DNA of 59,352 bases from an uncultured Gammaproteobacteria bacterium. GTDB taxonomy: Bacteria; Pseudomonadota; Gammaproteobacteria; GCA-002705445; GCA-002716945. Made by a program: the position numbers and the translations under genes. The notes beneath the pieces were generated by a model, which saw nothing but the letters and a program-made list of their open reading frames with translations, ran no database searches and had not been told where the DNA came from. Below are positions 20,478-28,076 of this stretch, piece after piece (within the stretch, counting starts at the first letter, position 1; each line of letters begins with the position of its first letter). The DNA is taken from the NCBI GenBank assembly GCA_902535975.1, contig CACAVP010000001.1, positions 72,352-131,703 on the forward strand, given 5' to 3'.

Positions 20478-20608
20478 TGCATACCAAAATAAAGTGCAAA
20501 AGTGACGGCCAATGGTACAACAAGCATTGAAATAATGATAGCGATGATCCAAGTCATTGGCTTTTCTCGATCAATGAATCCGAATATTAATTTTTTTTTA
20601 TCGTTCAT
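20474..20608 (-). CDS. Putative 44-aa single-pass membrane protein (not in ORF track)
   Basis: MNDKKKLIFGFIDREKPMTWIIAIIISMLVVPLAVTFALYFGMQ*. GGTG SD-like sequence upstream; ATGA overlaps at both ends. Confidence 0.6.
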   Translation of the reverse strand: MNDKKKLIFGFIDREKPMTWIIAIIISMLVVPLAVTFALYFGMQ

Positions 20609-20742
20609 TTCACCAGTTGAAGCAGTCCGAGAGCAAATAATAATCTATACATAAAACCACCATTAATGAATAAAATATACTCTCCTGCTGTAGACCCTGC
20701 AAGCAGAACAAAAAAGAATGTGCTGGGTCTCGCGTTGCTCAT
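20605..20742 (-). CDS. Possible 45-aa hydrophobic small protein
   Basis: MSNARPSTFFFVLLAGSTAGEYILFINGGFMYRLLFALGLLQLVK*. Starts 5 nt after the ferritin-like gene stop; its TGA overlaps the next ATG. Confidence 0.3.
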   Translation of the reverse strand: MSNARPSTFFFVLLAGSTAGEYILFINGGFMYRLLFALGLLQLVK

Positions 20743-20747
20743 TGAAT

Positions 20748-21188
20748 TTATGCTTCTGCATAATCTTTAAGCATTTTTGTGACTTCTATCGCATGCATTT
20801 CCTCTGCTTTTATCATTCCCCTTGCGTATTCCTCTATATAGATACTCTCGTCTTTCACAATATCGAGTAAAATTTTATAAAGGCCCACAGCCTCTTTCTC
20901 ATGCTCTGAGCTCTCATTGAGCAAGTCAACTGTCGAGTGCTTATTAGATTCTTCAATAATTTGTATTTTCAGTGATGGATGACCGCCTAGGCCAGTAACA
21001 ATCTCTCCTGCTTCTTGAGCATGAAGCAAGGATTCATTAGCCTGATCCTTGAAAAATTGAGCTAAGCTCAATCGGTCCCTACCTGTTATCATCAATGCAT
21101 AGTGTGTATATCTGACTACACCAGATAGTTCATATTCCATAATTTTATTGAGTATTTCCATTACCTCATTTGTTTTATTTACATCCAT
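20748..21188 (-). CDS. Bacterioferritin/ferritin-like four-helix-bundle protein
   Basis: EYELSGVVRY, ESLLHA, EHEKEA and EEMHA diiron-type pattern; strong SD AAGGAG. Confidence 0.85.
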   Translation of the reverse strand: MDVNKTNEVMEILNKIMEYELSGVVRYTHYALMITGRDRLSLAQFFKDQANESLLHAQEAGEIVTGLGGHPSLKIQIIEESNKHSTVDLLNESSEHEKEAVGLYKILLDIVKDESIYIEEYARGMIKAEEMHAIEVTKMLKDYAEA

Positions 21189-21208
21189 AATAATCTCCTT
21201 AATATATT

Positions 21209-21217
21209 ATTTTAACA
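21209..21217 (-). promoter_or_regulatory. Extended -10 element (TGtTAAAAT) upstream of the ferritin-like gene
   Basis: Consensus match 20 nt upstream of the ATG, with the SD in between. Confidence 0.45.
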
Positions 21218-21226
21218 CAGTAAACT

Positions 21227-21769
21227 TTAACTTATGATCTTATATTTAATGTGTTTGAGTTGGCTTGTTATATTTGCGTTATTGACAACATATGCTGTTT
21301 GTGCTGATTCCCAGATGGGTATGTCTTTTTCACTATCCCCTATATAATCAAATATATGGTCACCAAATTTATCTTTCAGATATCTAGTTTTATTCAAACT
21401 AATCATATTTGTCTCTAAGGTTGTACCGACTGAAAAGTCAAACAATCCAAGGTGTTCTGAAATAGCATCAACATATTCATAGTAAGATCCTGAAATCAAT
21501 ATTGTGTATGAATATTTCTCTTTATTATTAGTAATGAAATCAATAACAGATTGATTGAATACTATGTTTCCTATTGAATATGATGTGACATCAAATAAAT
21601 ATTTCTTAGCATAAGTCCTGCCCTTAAATAAAAATAACCAAATTAATTTAGGTAAGAGGTATATTCTATAGATCAAAAGAAACTTTAATCCTACATAGAT
21701 CATATCTGTTTTAATTAGGGTGTTGTCTAAATCAACTGCGAGAATATACGATTGTTTTTTTTTATCCAT
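21227..21769 (-). CDS. HAD-superfamily hydrolase, like the N-terminal domain of HAD-UbiA fusions
   Basis: LAVDLDNTLIKTD (motif I), ISGS (motif II), YIGDSEKD (motif IV). Confidence 0.78.
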   Translation of the reverse strand: MDKKKQSYILAVDLDNTLIKTDMIYVGLKFLLIYRIYLLPKLIWLFLFKGRTYAKKYLFDVTSYSIGNIVFNQSVIDFITNNKEKYSYTILISGSYYEYVDAISEHLGLFDFSVGTTLETNMISLNKTRYLKDKFGDHIFDYIGDSEKDIPIWESAQTAYVVNNANITSQLKHIKYKIIS

Positions 21770-21777
21770 GAAGTAGA

Positions 21778-22053
21778 CTATTTGTTTTTCTCATCTTTTT
21801 TAAAAGCACTATACTTACCGTCAGTGAGATTTTGAAGAAAATCTATAGCGTCTTTACCAGATAGATATTTCAGTTCATCGTAATCGTCACTAGAACTAAC
21901 TATTTGTATTTTAAAACCCTCAATAGTATTTCTAATGTAATTTTGATCGGTTTCAGAGAAAGATGAGATACATTTACTAAGATGTTCTTCTAAAATGTAT
22001 CCATCTTTTTTACCAGTCCTAATCAAATTTTTTATCTGATCAGACAAACTCAT
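21778..22053 (-). CDS. Hypothetical protein resembling sigma70 region 1.1
   Basis: DQIKNLIRTGKKDGYI aligns by eye with RpoD SQLKLLVTRGKEQGYL, and IEGFKIQIV with INDMGIQVM; no other sigma regions. Confidence 0.62.
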   Translation of the reverse strand: MSLSDQIKNLIRTGKKDGYILEEHLSKCISSFSETDQNYIRNTIEGFKIQIVSSSDDYDELKYLSGKDAIDFLQNLTDGKYSAFKKDEKNK

Positions 22054-22066
22054 TTATCAAGAAATT

Positions 22067-22261
22067 TTAGACTGTTTTAACTTGAACGGCCCTAATACCT
22101 TTTGGTCCGTCTTCAGTTTCAAACTCAACTTTATCATTTTCTCTGATTGTTCCGTCAACCAGATCAGATTGATGCACGAATATATCTTTATCCCCTTCAT
22201 CAGGTTTGATGAACCCAAATGCTTTGGTTGAATCAAACCATTTTACTGTTCCTGTTTTCAA
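22067..22261 (-). CDS. Cold-shock domain protein (CspA family)
   Basis: KTGTVKWF, KAFGFI (RNP1) and DIFVH (RNP2); TTG start behind SD AAGGAG. Confidence 0.95.
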   Translation of the reverse strand: MKTGTVKWFDSTKAFGFIKPDEGDKDIFVHQSDLVDGTIRENDKVEFETEDGPKGIRAVQVKTV

Positions 22262-22387
22262 AATTTTCTCCTTAGTTAATTAATAATTAAGAAGGTCTAC
22301 AAATCAAAAATTTACGAACAACAGCTTAATTACATTGACTATTATATATGCATAAACTAAAAAGAAAAGGTATAAAAATAAATGAGT

Positions 22388-23263
22388 CTACTTGTTTTGA
22401 GTAAAATCCTTAAGTAATTCGGGCATAATATTTTTTAATTTATATACCGTTTCTTTTTTTATTTTATTTTTTGCTGTAACCAGCGAATCATACGAATTTA
22501 ACTTATTTTTTATAGTAGATTTAGAATAGTCCAGTAAAAATTCTAATATAAACTTTTTAGCATCTTCAGCATTCCCTTTTAATGTAGATATAACATTAGA
22601 AACCTCAACATTCTCATGATCTGGATGCCAACAATCAAAATCTGTAATCATTCCAATATTCACATACCTAAGTGATGCCTCTCTACATAACTTTGCTTCA
22701 GGCATACTGGTCATTCCAATTACATCACAACCCCATTTTTGAAATAATCTTGATTCCTCCTTTGTAGAAAATTGAGGGCCTTCAATACATATATATGAAC
22801 CTCCAAAGTTATATTTTATATCAAGCTTTTCTAGACAAGCTCTTGAAATTTCCATCAGTCCCTCATCTGTAGATGTAGCCATAGATACATGAACAACAAT
22901 ATCATCATCGAAAAAAGTTGTTATCCTATTTTTTGTGAAATCAACATATTGATTAATGATCACGAAAACTCCAGGTGATAAATCCTCATTAAGTGATCCG
23001 ACAGAAGATAGTGATAGTATGTCTGTAACACCTAATTTTTTAAACGCATCTATGTTAGCTCTATAATTAATTTTTGATGGTGGTATTGAATGGCCTATCC
23101 CATGTCTTGGTAAAAAGAAAAAACTCTGCTCTTTATATTCACACTCTACAACTGGTGCAGAGGGAGCTCCCCAGGGAGTATCTAACGAATGTGATTCTAT
23201 TATATCTACGCCAGATATATCATAAAGACCACTACCTCCGATAATGCCAAGTCTTTTGTTCAT
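22388..23263 (-). CDS. mtnP: S-methyl-5'-thioadenosine phosphorylase
   Basis: GIIGGSGLY, PRHG, INYRANI, EGPQFST, GMTSMPEA and TDFDCWH. Confidence 0.92.
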   Translation of the reverse strand: MNKRLGIIGGSGLYDISGVDIIESHSLDTPWGAPSAPVVECEYKEQSFFFLPRHGIGHSIPPSKINYRANIDAFKKLGVTDILSLSSVGSLNEDLSPGVFVIINQYVDFTKNRITTFFDDDIVVHVSMATSTDEGLMEISRACLEKLDIKYNFGGSYICIEGPQFSTKEESRLFQKWGCDVIGMTSMPEAKLCREASLRYVNIGMITDFDCWHPDHENVEVSNVISTLKGNAEDAKKFILEFLLDYSKSTIKNKLNSYDSLVTAKNKIKKETVYKLKNIMPELLKDFTQNK

Positions 23264-24096
23264 AGTTGTTCTTTAATATAATCACTAAGCTCAATACTTG
23301 GTTCCCACCCAAGATCTAATACTTTTTTTGAGATGATTTCTGAACTCATTCTATTGGCAACATTTTCACTGATAAGTTCAATTTTATCAGATATCATTTC
23401 TGCAACCTCTTTGATAGTGTATTGTTTGGGGTTTGCAATCCCATATTGGTCTCCATGGCCTTTATCAGCTATCAACAGTAATGCACTGATAGTATCATCT
23501 ATATGTGTGAAGTTACGAGTCTGCGTTCCGGGTTTTGTTACTTCAAGCCTCTTATTTTGTTTTTTTCTATATAGAAATTTTGCAATTACTGTTGCAAATT
23601 CTCCTTGAGAATTCTCTCTTCCCCCATATACATTATAGAAATATGTAATTGCATATGGCATTTGATTGAGTTCGCAATAGAACTTTACAAGTTCAGAATT
23701 CTGCCATTTAGAGAATGAATACGGGCTTTTAAGTCTATTTTTTCCATCATCTGCAAACTTGGTGCTGCTGCCTGCGTATATTAACTTTGCATTAGACTCT
23801 TTAGCAAATTTCAATACATTTAAAGTTGGTGAAAGATTATTTTTTAAAACGAAATCAATTTTTGTTAAGGATTGTTCAACTCTGGAGTACTCACCAAGAT
23901 GGAATATAATATCAAACTTTTTATCCAATGATAATATATCTTCAGCATCTAAATTGATATATTCAACTTGATCAACATGATTATCTGTCTTTCCTGATAT
24001 GTAGTTATCAATAGAAGTTACCTCATGATTACCTGAGTATGCCTCGCACAAATGCGATCCAATAAATCCAGCTCCTCCAATAACCAATATTTTCAT
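23260..24096 (-). CDS. NAD-dependent epimerase/dehydratase (extended SDR)
   Basis: GGAGFIG, YSFSK (YxxxK), YNVYG and TRNFTHI. Confidence 0.9.
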   Translation of the reverse strand: MKILVIGGAGFIGSHLCEAYSGNHEVTSIDNYISGKTDNHVDQVEYINLDAEDILSLDKKFDIIFHLGEYSRVEQSLTKIDFVLKNNLSPTLNVLKFAKESNAKLIYAGSSTKFADDGKNRLKSPYSFSKWQNSELVKFYCELNQMPYAITYFYNVYGGRENSQGEFATVIAKFLYRKKQNKRLEVTKPGTQTRNFTHIDDTISALLLIADKGHGDQYGIANPKQYTIKEVAEMISDKIELISENVANRMSSEIISKKVLDLGWEPSIELSDYIKEQL

Positions 24097-24111
24097 GTTG
24101 TGATGTTGTAT

Positions 24112-24750
24112 TTAGTATTGTACAACATCTTCATCTATATCTCGCCATAAATACCATGTAGCAACTGTGCAATATGGTTCCCATAATTTTCTAGTTTTAG
24201 AGATTTTTTTTATGAAGACGTCACGTTTGATTTTATAATTTTTACAATAACTATTAATTAGACCAATGTCACCCAAGGGTAAAATATTTGGTCGATTGAA
24301 GTGAAATATCAAAAACATCTCGGCAGACCATGTACCAATACCATAAAGTTTCACAAGTTCTTTTATTGCATCCATATCATCCATTGACTCTAAATTGCTA
24401 AAAAAGCTAGATTTACTCTTTATTATTTCAGCAATCCCTTTTATGTAAGCTACTTTCCTGAAAGAGAGACCACAATTTCTTAGGTGCTGATCAGGTGTAG
24501 CTAGAATTTTTTTTGGATTGATGTTACCCAATAGCTTTTTAATTTTACTCTCAATTGAGTTAGCAACTTCGATAGATATTTGCTGACCAATTATTATTTT
24601 TATAAAAGTTATAAAAATAGAATTCGCAGTGATTAGATATGTTTTCGATCTGTGTTTATTGATTAACTTTGATAGTACAGGATCATTTGACTGAAGATGC
24701 TTTACAGCGTTTAGCCAATAATGCGGTTTTTTATTTTTCTTCTTAATCAT
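24112..24750 (-). CDS. DNA-3-methyladenine glycosylase II family (HhH-GPD, AlkA-like)
   Basis: IIGQQIS, GIGTWSAEMFLIF, LPLGDIG and WEPYCTVATWYLW. Confidence 0.87.
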   Translation of the reverse strand: MIKKKNKKPHYWLNAVKHLQSNDPVLSKLINKHRSKTYLITANSIFITFIKIIIGQQISIEVANSIESKIKKLLGNINPKKILATPDQHLRNCGLSFRKVAYIKGIAEIIKSKSSFFSNLESMDDMDAIKELVKLYGIGTWSAEMFLIFHFNRPNILPLGDIGLINSYCKNYKIKRDVFIKKISKTRKLWEPYCTVATWYLWRDIDEDVVQY

Positions 24751-24789
24751 TTTAGGCGTGCTAATATAACACGCCTATTAGATCTTGTA

Positions 24790-24999
24790 TTACTGATTTT
24801 TATATGTACTGATTCCGAACGGTATATAAAGTGGGCACCATCCAGTTGTACCAGTTAATATCGGAATAATACCAATAAGAGACCACATACCCAAGCCAAG
24901 CCCTGGTCCCATATATAGTATTGCTATACCAGCAATCACTCTGAGCATTCTTTCCATACCACCAATATTTGTACACATAGTTTTAGGTGTAGTTGCCAT
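24790..24999 (-). CDS. DUF2892 (YgaP-like) membrane protein
   Basis: NIGGMERMLRVIAG and GWCPLYIPFGIST; SD AGGAG. Confidence 0.87.
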   Translation of the reverse strand: MATTPKTMCTNIGGMERMLRVIAGIAILYMGPGLGLGMWSLIGIIPILTGTTGWCPLYIPFGISTYKNQ

Positions 25000-25062
25000 G
25001 TTTATTCACTCCTAAGTAGATTAATGTTTACATAGTATTAAAATAAATATCTAATCGCAATA

Positions 25063-25440
25063 TTATTTTTTCTTACTTTTATAGTCCTCGATAGCAGCAC
25101 TAATAGCATCTTCTGCAAGAACAGAGCAATGAATTTTGACAGGCGGAAGAGCTAATTCCTCCGCGATGTCTGTATTTTTTATCATTGACGCTTCTGTCAG
25201 CGTTTTACCTTTCACCCACTCTGTCAAAAGAGAACTTGACGCTATTGCAGACCCACATCCATACGTTTTGAATTTTGCATCTTCAATAACACCATCATCA
25301 CCTACTTTGATTTGCAGTTTCATCACGTCTCCGCACGCAGGTGCACCTACCATTCCTGTGCCAACTTGATCACCATCCTCGAAAGTACCAACGTTCCTTG
25401 GGTTTTCATAGTGATCTAGAACTTTGTCACTGTATGCCAT
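25063..25440 (-). CDS. iscU: Fe-S cluster scaffold IscU
   Basis: YSDKVLDHYENPRNVG, GAPACGD, YGCGSAIASSS and LPPVKIHCS. Confidence 0.97.
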   Translation of the reverse strand: MAYSDKVLDHYENPRNVGTFEDGDQVGTGMVGAPACGDVMKLQIKVGDDGVIEDAKFKTYGCGSAIASSSLLTEWVKGKTLTEASMIKNTDIAEELALPPVKIHCSVLAEDAISAAIEDYKSKKK

Positions 25441-25476
25441 ATTTTCTCCCTGTAGTTAGGATTTTTACCTAATTTT

Positions 25477-25908
25477 CTAATTTTGTTGATAATAGTTTGT
25501 TAACTCTTCTAAATCAATATCACTGGATTTTGATTTAGTCTCGTCAATCAAACTGCCTAATGTTACCGTATCAAGATAGTTTGTAAGTTTCTTACTGAAC
25601 TGATCCCATACAACATCATCAGTCTTATCATGGTCAATATCGGTGACGCCTTCAGGATTTATAGCCTTGATAATACTCGCTATGGTTATATTATCTGGGC
25701 TGTCTTTTAGCCTGTACCCTCCACCAGGACCTCTAACACCACTGACAAGATCATGTTTTCTTAATAATGAAAACAATTGCTCTAAATATGACAAGGAGAT
25801 TCCTTGATATTTCGAGATTTCAAGCAATGTTTTTGGTGTACTTGACTCATTTGTTGCAATATTTACCAACGCTTTTATTGCGTATCTTCCTTTTGCTGAT
25901 AGTTTCAT
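25477..25908 (-). CDS. iscR: Rrf2-family regulator, IscR-like but cysteine-free
   Basis: KGRYA, QGISLSYLEQLF and VRGPGGGY match IscR; upstream of iscU; no Cys in the protein. Confidence 0.8.
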   Translation of the reverse strand: MKLSAKGRYAIKALVNIATNESSTPKTLLEISKYQGISLSYLEQLFSLLRKHDLVSGVRGPGGGYRLKDSPDNITIASIIKAINPEGVTDIDHDKTDDVVWDQFSKKLTNYLDTVTLGSLIDETKSKSSDIDLEELTNYYQQN

Positions 25909-25935
25909 TTTACATCCTCCTAAAATGATTCCTTA

Positions 25936-25960
25936 ATTCCTGACTATTATTGTAAGGTTT
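25936..25960. promoter_or_regulatory. IscR type-1-like operator
   Basis: ATTCCTGACTATTATTGTAAGGTTT matches 21 of 25 positions of ATASYYGACTRWWWYAGTCRRSTAT (consensus recalled from memory); 27 nt upstream of iscR. Confidence 0.55.
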
Positions 25961-26056
25961 AATTCTATTTTTTCAAGTTCTCTTAGAATGATTCTAAATA
26001 TTAAAAGGTAAAATCGGGTATATTATAGTGAGTTTATATTATATAAATGTTTTAAG

Positions 26057-26464
26057 CTATTGATTATCATAAGATTTTATCCAGTAGAAAAGATCTAGAT
26101 TCAGTCTAATCTTTTCCTGAATAGAATTTTCAAAGGTGCGATTTTCTCTGAGAGATTTAACCTCCAACAACTTTGCGTCATTGTACATATAAAATATCAA
26201 ATGTGGCTTTATAGAGAAAGTGTTCATTGATTCATTATTTTGATATCTGAATTTATGGAATAACTTAAAAATACGAGTGTGTTTATCATGATGAATATCT
26301 CTAATGACAATAGAGCTATGTTGAATCGAACTGACATTCCCAGTATTTACTCGCTTAAGTAGAGATTTGAAATTGAAGTAATTCGACTCATAAATCGACA
26401 TGAGGTGAGTAAAATTCATTAATTTTAGTTCGTTTTTCTCTTTGTAAGAGGCAGCTTTATACAT
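26057..26464 (-). CDS. DUF1249 (YqiB-like) protein, divergent
   Basis: [10 protein letters not shown]-terminal motif; YNDAKLLEV and [13 protein letters not shown] resemble the family C-terminus. Confidence 0.6.
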   Translation of the reverse strand: MYKAASYKEKNELKLMNFTHLMSIYESNYFNFKSLLKRVNTGNVSSIQHSSIVIRDIHHDKHTRIFKLFHKFRYQNNESMNTFSIKPHLIFYMYNDAKLLEVKSLRENRTFENSIQEKIRLNLDLFYWIKSYDNQ

Positions 26465-26488
26465 CTTGGTTTATATAAGTAAATATTT

Positions 26489-26497
26489 TGTTACAAT
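26489..26497 (+). promoter_or_regulatory. Extended -10 element (TGtTACAAT) upstream of infA
   Basis: Consensus match 19 nt before ATG 26517. Confidence 0.42.
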
Positions 26498-26516
26498 ACA
26501 CAACAATATATTACAT

Positions 26517-26735
26517 ATGACAAAAAAAGAACAGATTGAAATGTCCGGCAAAGTTATAGAGACTTTACCAAATACAATGTTTAGGGTAGAGCTTGAAAAT
26601 GGGCACATTGTTACCGCACACATATCAGGAAAAATTAGAAAACACTATATCAGGATATTGAGAGGTGATACAGTTATGGTCGCTCTTACACCATATGATC
26701 TTACAAAAGGTAGAATAATTTTTCGAGATAAATGA
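26517..26735 (+). CDS. infA: Translation initiation factor IF-1
   Basis: [29 protein letters not shown]...HISGKIR...PYDLTKGRI; true start ATG 26517 (track starts at 26466). Confidence 0.97.
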   Translation: MTKKEQIEMSGKVIETLPNTMFRVELENGHIVTAHISGKIRKHYIRILRGDTVMVALTPYDLTKGRIIFRDK

Positions 26736-26740
26736 ATTCT

Positions 26741-28057
26741 CTAAAGATTATTAATTACAGCATCTCCAAAACCACTTGTTGAGACAAGCGTTGCTCCAGG
26801 AACGAGTTTAGTTATCTCCTCTTTAACATCTACAGGCCTACTCTTATCCTTGCTCTTTACTCTAATAAGTCTTTTACCTGCCCTAGCACGAGCCAAATCG
26901 TATGTTAACTGCTTGTTTCTAATTGCTCCTTTGACGCCTTTAAGTACAAGATCTGCTGCTTCTGTCCAACCAAGATATCTCAACATCATCTCACCAGACA
27001 AAATGATAGAACCAGGATTTACCCGATTTTTCCCGGCAAATGGCTCAGCAGAACCGTGAGTTGCCTCAAATACGGCAACCCCGTCTCCAATATTTCCACC
27101 TGGCGCCATACCTATGCCACCTACCTGTGCTGCCAAAGCATCTGATATATAATCTCCATTCAAATTAAGTGTTGCTATCACATCATGTTGCTCTGGGGCC
27201 AAAATAATCTGCTGAAGGAAGTTATCTGCGATGCAATCTTTGATAATCAGTTCAGTATTAAACTTATTATTTTCAATTAGGTACGTACCATCACTAAGTA
27301 TTTTACCGTTATACTCACTAGTAACTACATTGTAAGCCCAGTCACGGAAAGCGCCCTCTGTATATTTCATTATGTTACCCTTGTGAACTATTGTTATACT
27401 CGACTTATTAAGTTCTAATGAGTAGTCGATAGCCATTCTGACTAATCTTTTCGTGCCCTCTTCTGATACCGGCTTTATCCCAATTCCACAGTTCTTTTCG
27501 AATCTAAATGGTGAGGTTCCGAGTTCTCTGCTAATGAAGTCAATTATCTTTTTTGCACCATCAGAGTCTGGTTCCCATTCTATGCCAGAATATAAATCTT
27601 CTGTATTTTCTCTGAATACAACCATATCGGTATTACCTGATTCAGCCATAGGTGTGCTTGTTCCGGGAAAATATTTTATAGGTCTTACACATGCAAATAA
27701 ATCTAGCTTTTGACGTATCATCACATTCAATGATTTATGGCCTGATCCAATGGGTGTTGTAAGTGGTCCCTTGATAGAAATTCTATACTCTTTCATAGCA
27801 TCTAGAGTTTCGTCTGGAAGAATAGAACCATACAAATCATTAGAATTGGAACCTGCATAAAGTTCTAACCACTTGATTTCTCTATTATTTCCATATGCCT
27901 TATTTACTGCATAATCTAGAACTCGCTTCATTACAGGAGTAACATCAATACCAATGCCATCACCTATAATATAAGGAATAATTGGATTATCTGGCACAAT
28001 GAGTCTATTGCCATCGTGACCAATTTTCACGCCATCAGCTGGGATATTAAGCTTCAA
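26741..28057 (-). CDS. icd: Isocitrate dehydrogenase, homodimeric E. coli-type
   Basis: GDGIG, KGPLTTP, SLNV, FRENTEDLY, HKGNIMK, NLNGDYISD and EATHG; TTG start behind GGGGG. Confidence 0.95.
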   Translation of the reverse strand: MKLNIPADGVKIGHDGNRLIVPDNPIIPYIIGDGIGIDVTPVMKRVLDYAVNKAYGNNREIKWLELYAGSNSNDLYGSILPDETLDAMKEYRISIKGPLTTPIGSGHKSLNVMIRQKLDLFACVRPIKYFPGTSTPMAESGNTDMVVFRENTEDLYSGIEWEPDSDGAKKIIDFISRELGTSPFRFEKNCGIGIKPVSEEGTKRLVRMAIDYSLELNKSSITIVHKGNIMKYTEGAFRDWAYNVVTSEYNGKILSDGTYLIENNKFNTELIIKDCIADNFLQQIILAPEQHDVIATLNLNGDYISDALAAQVGGIGMAPGGNIGDGVAVFEATHGSAEPFAGKNRVNPGSIILSGEMMLRYLGWTEAADLVLKGVKGAIRNKQLTYDLARARAGKRLIRVKSKDKSRPVDVKEEITKLVPGATLVSTSGFGDAVINNL

Positions 28058-28076
28058 TCGACAATCCCCCTGCTAT

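Noticed and set aside
20684-20707. Hairpin with a CAGGGT loop downstream of the ferritin-like gene, resembling an iron-responsive element
   Set aside because: The loop is not CAGUGN and the upper stem and C-bulge geometry do not fit.
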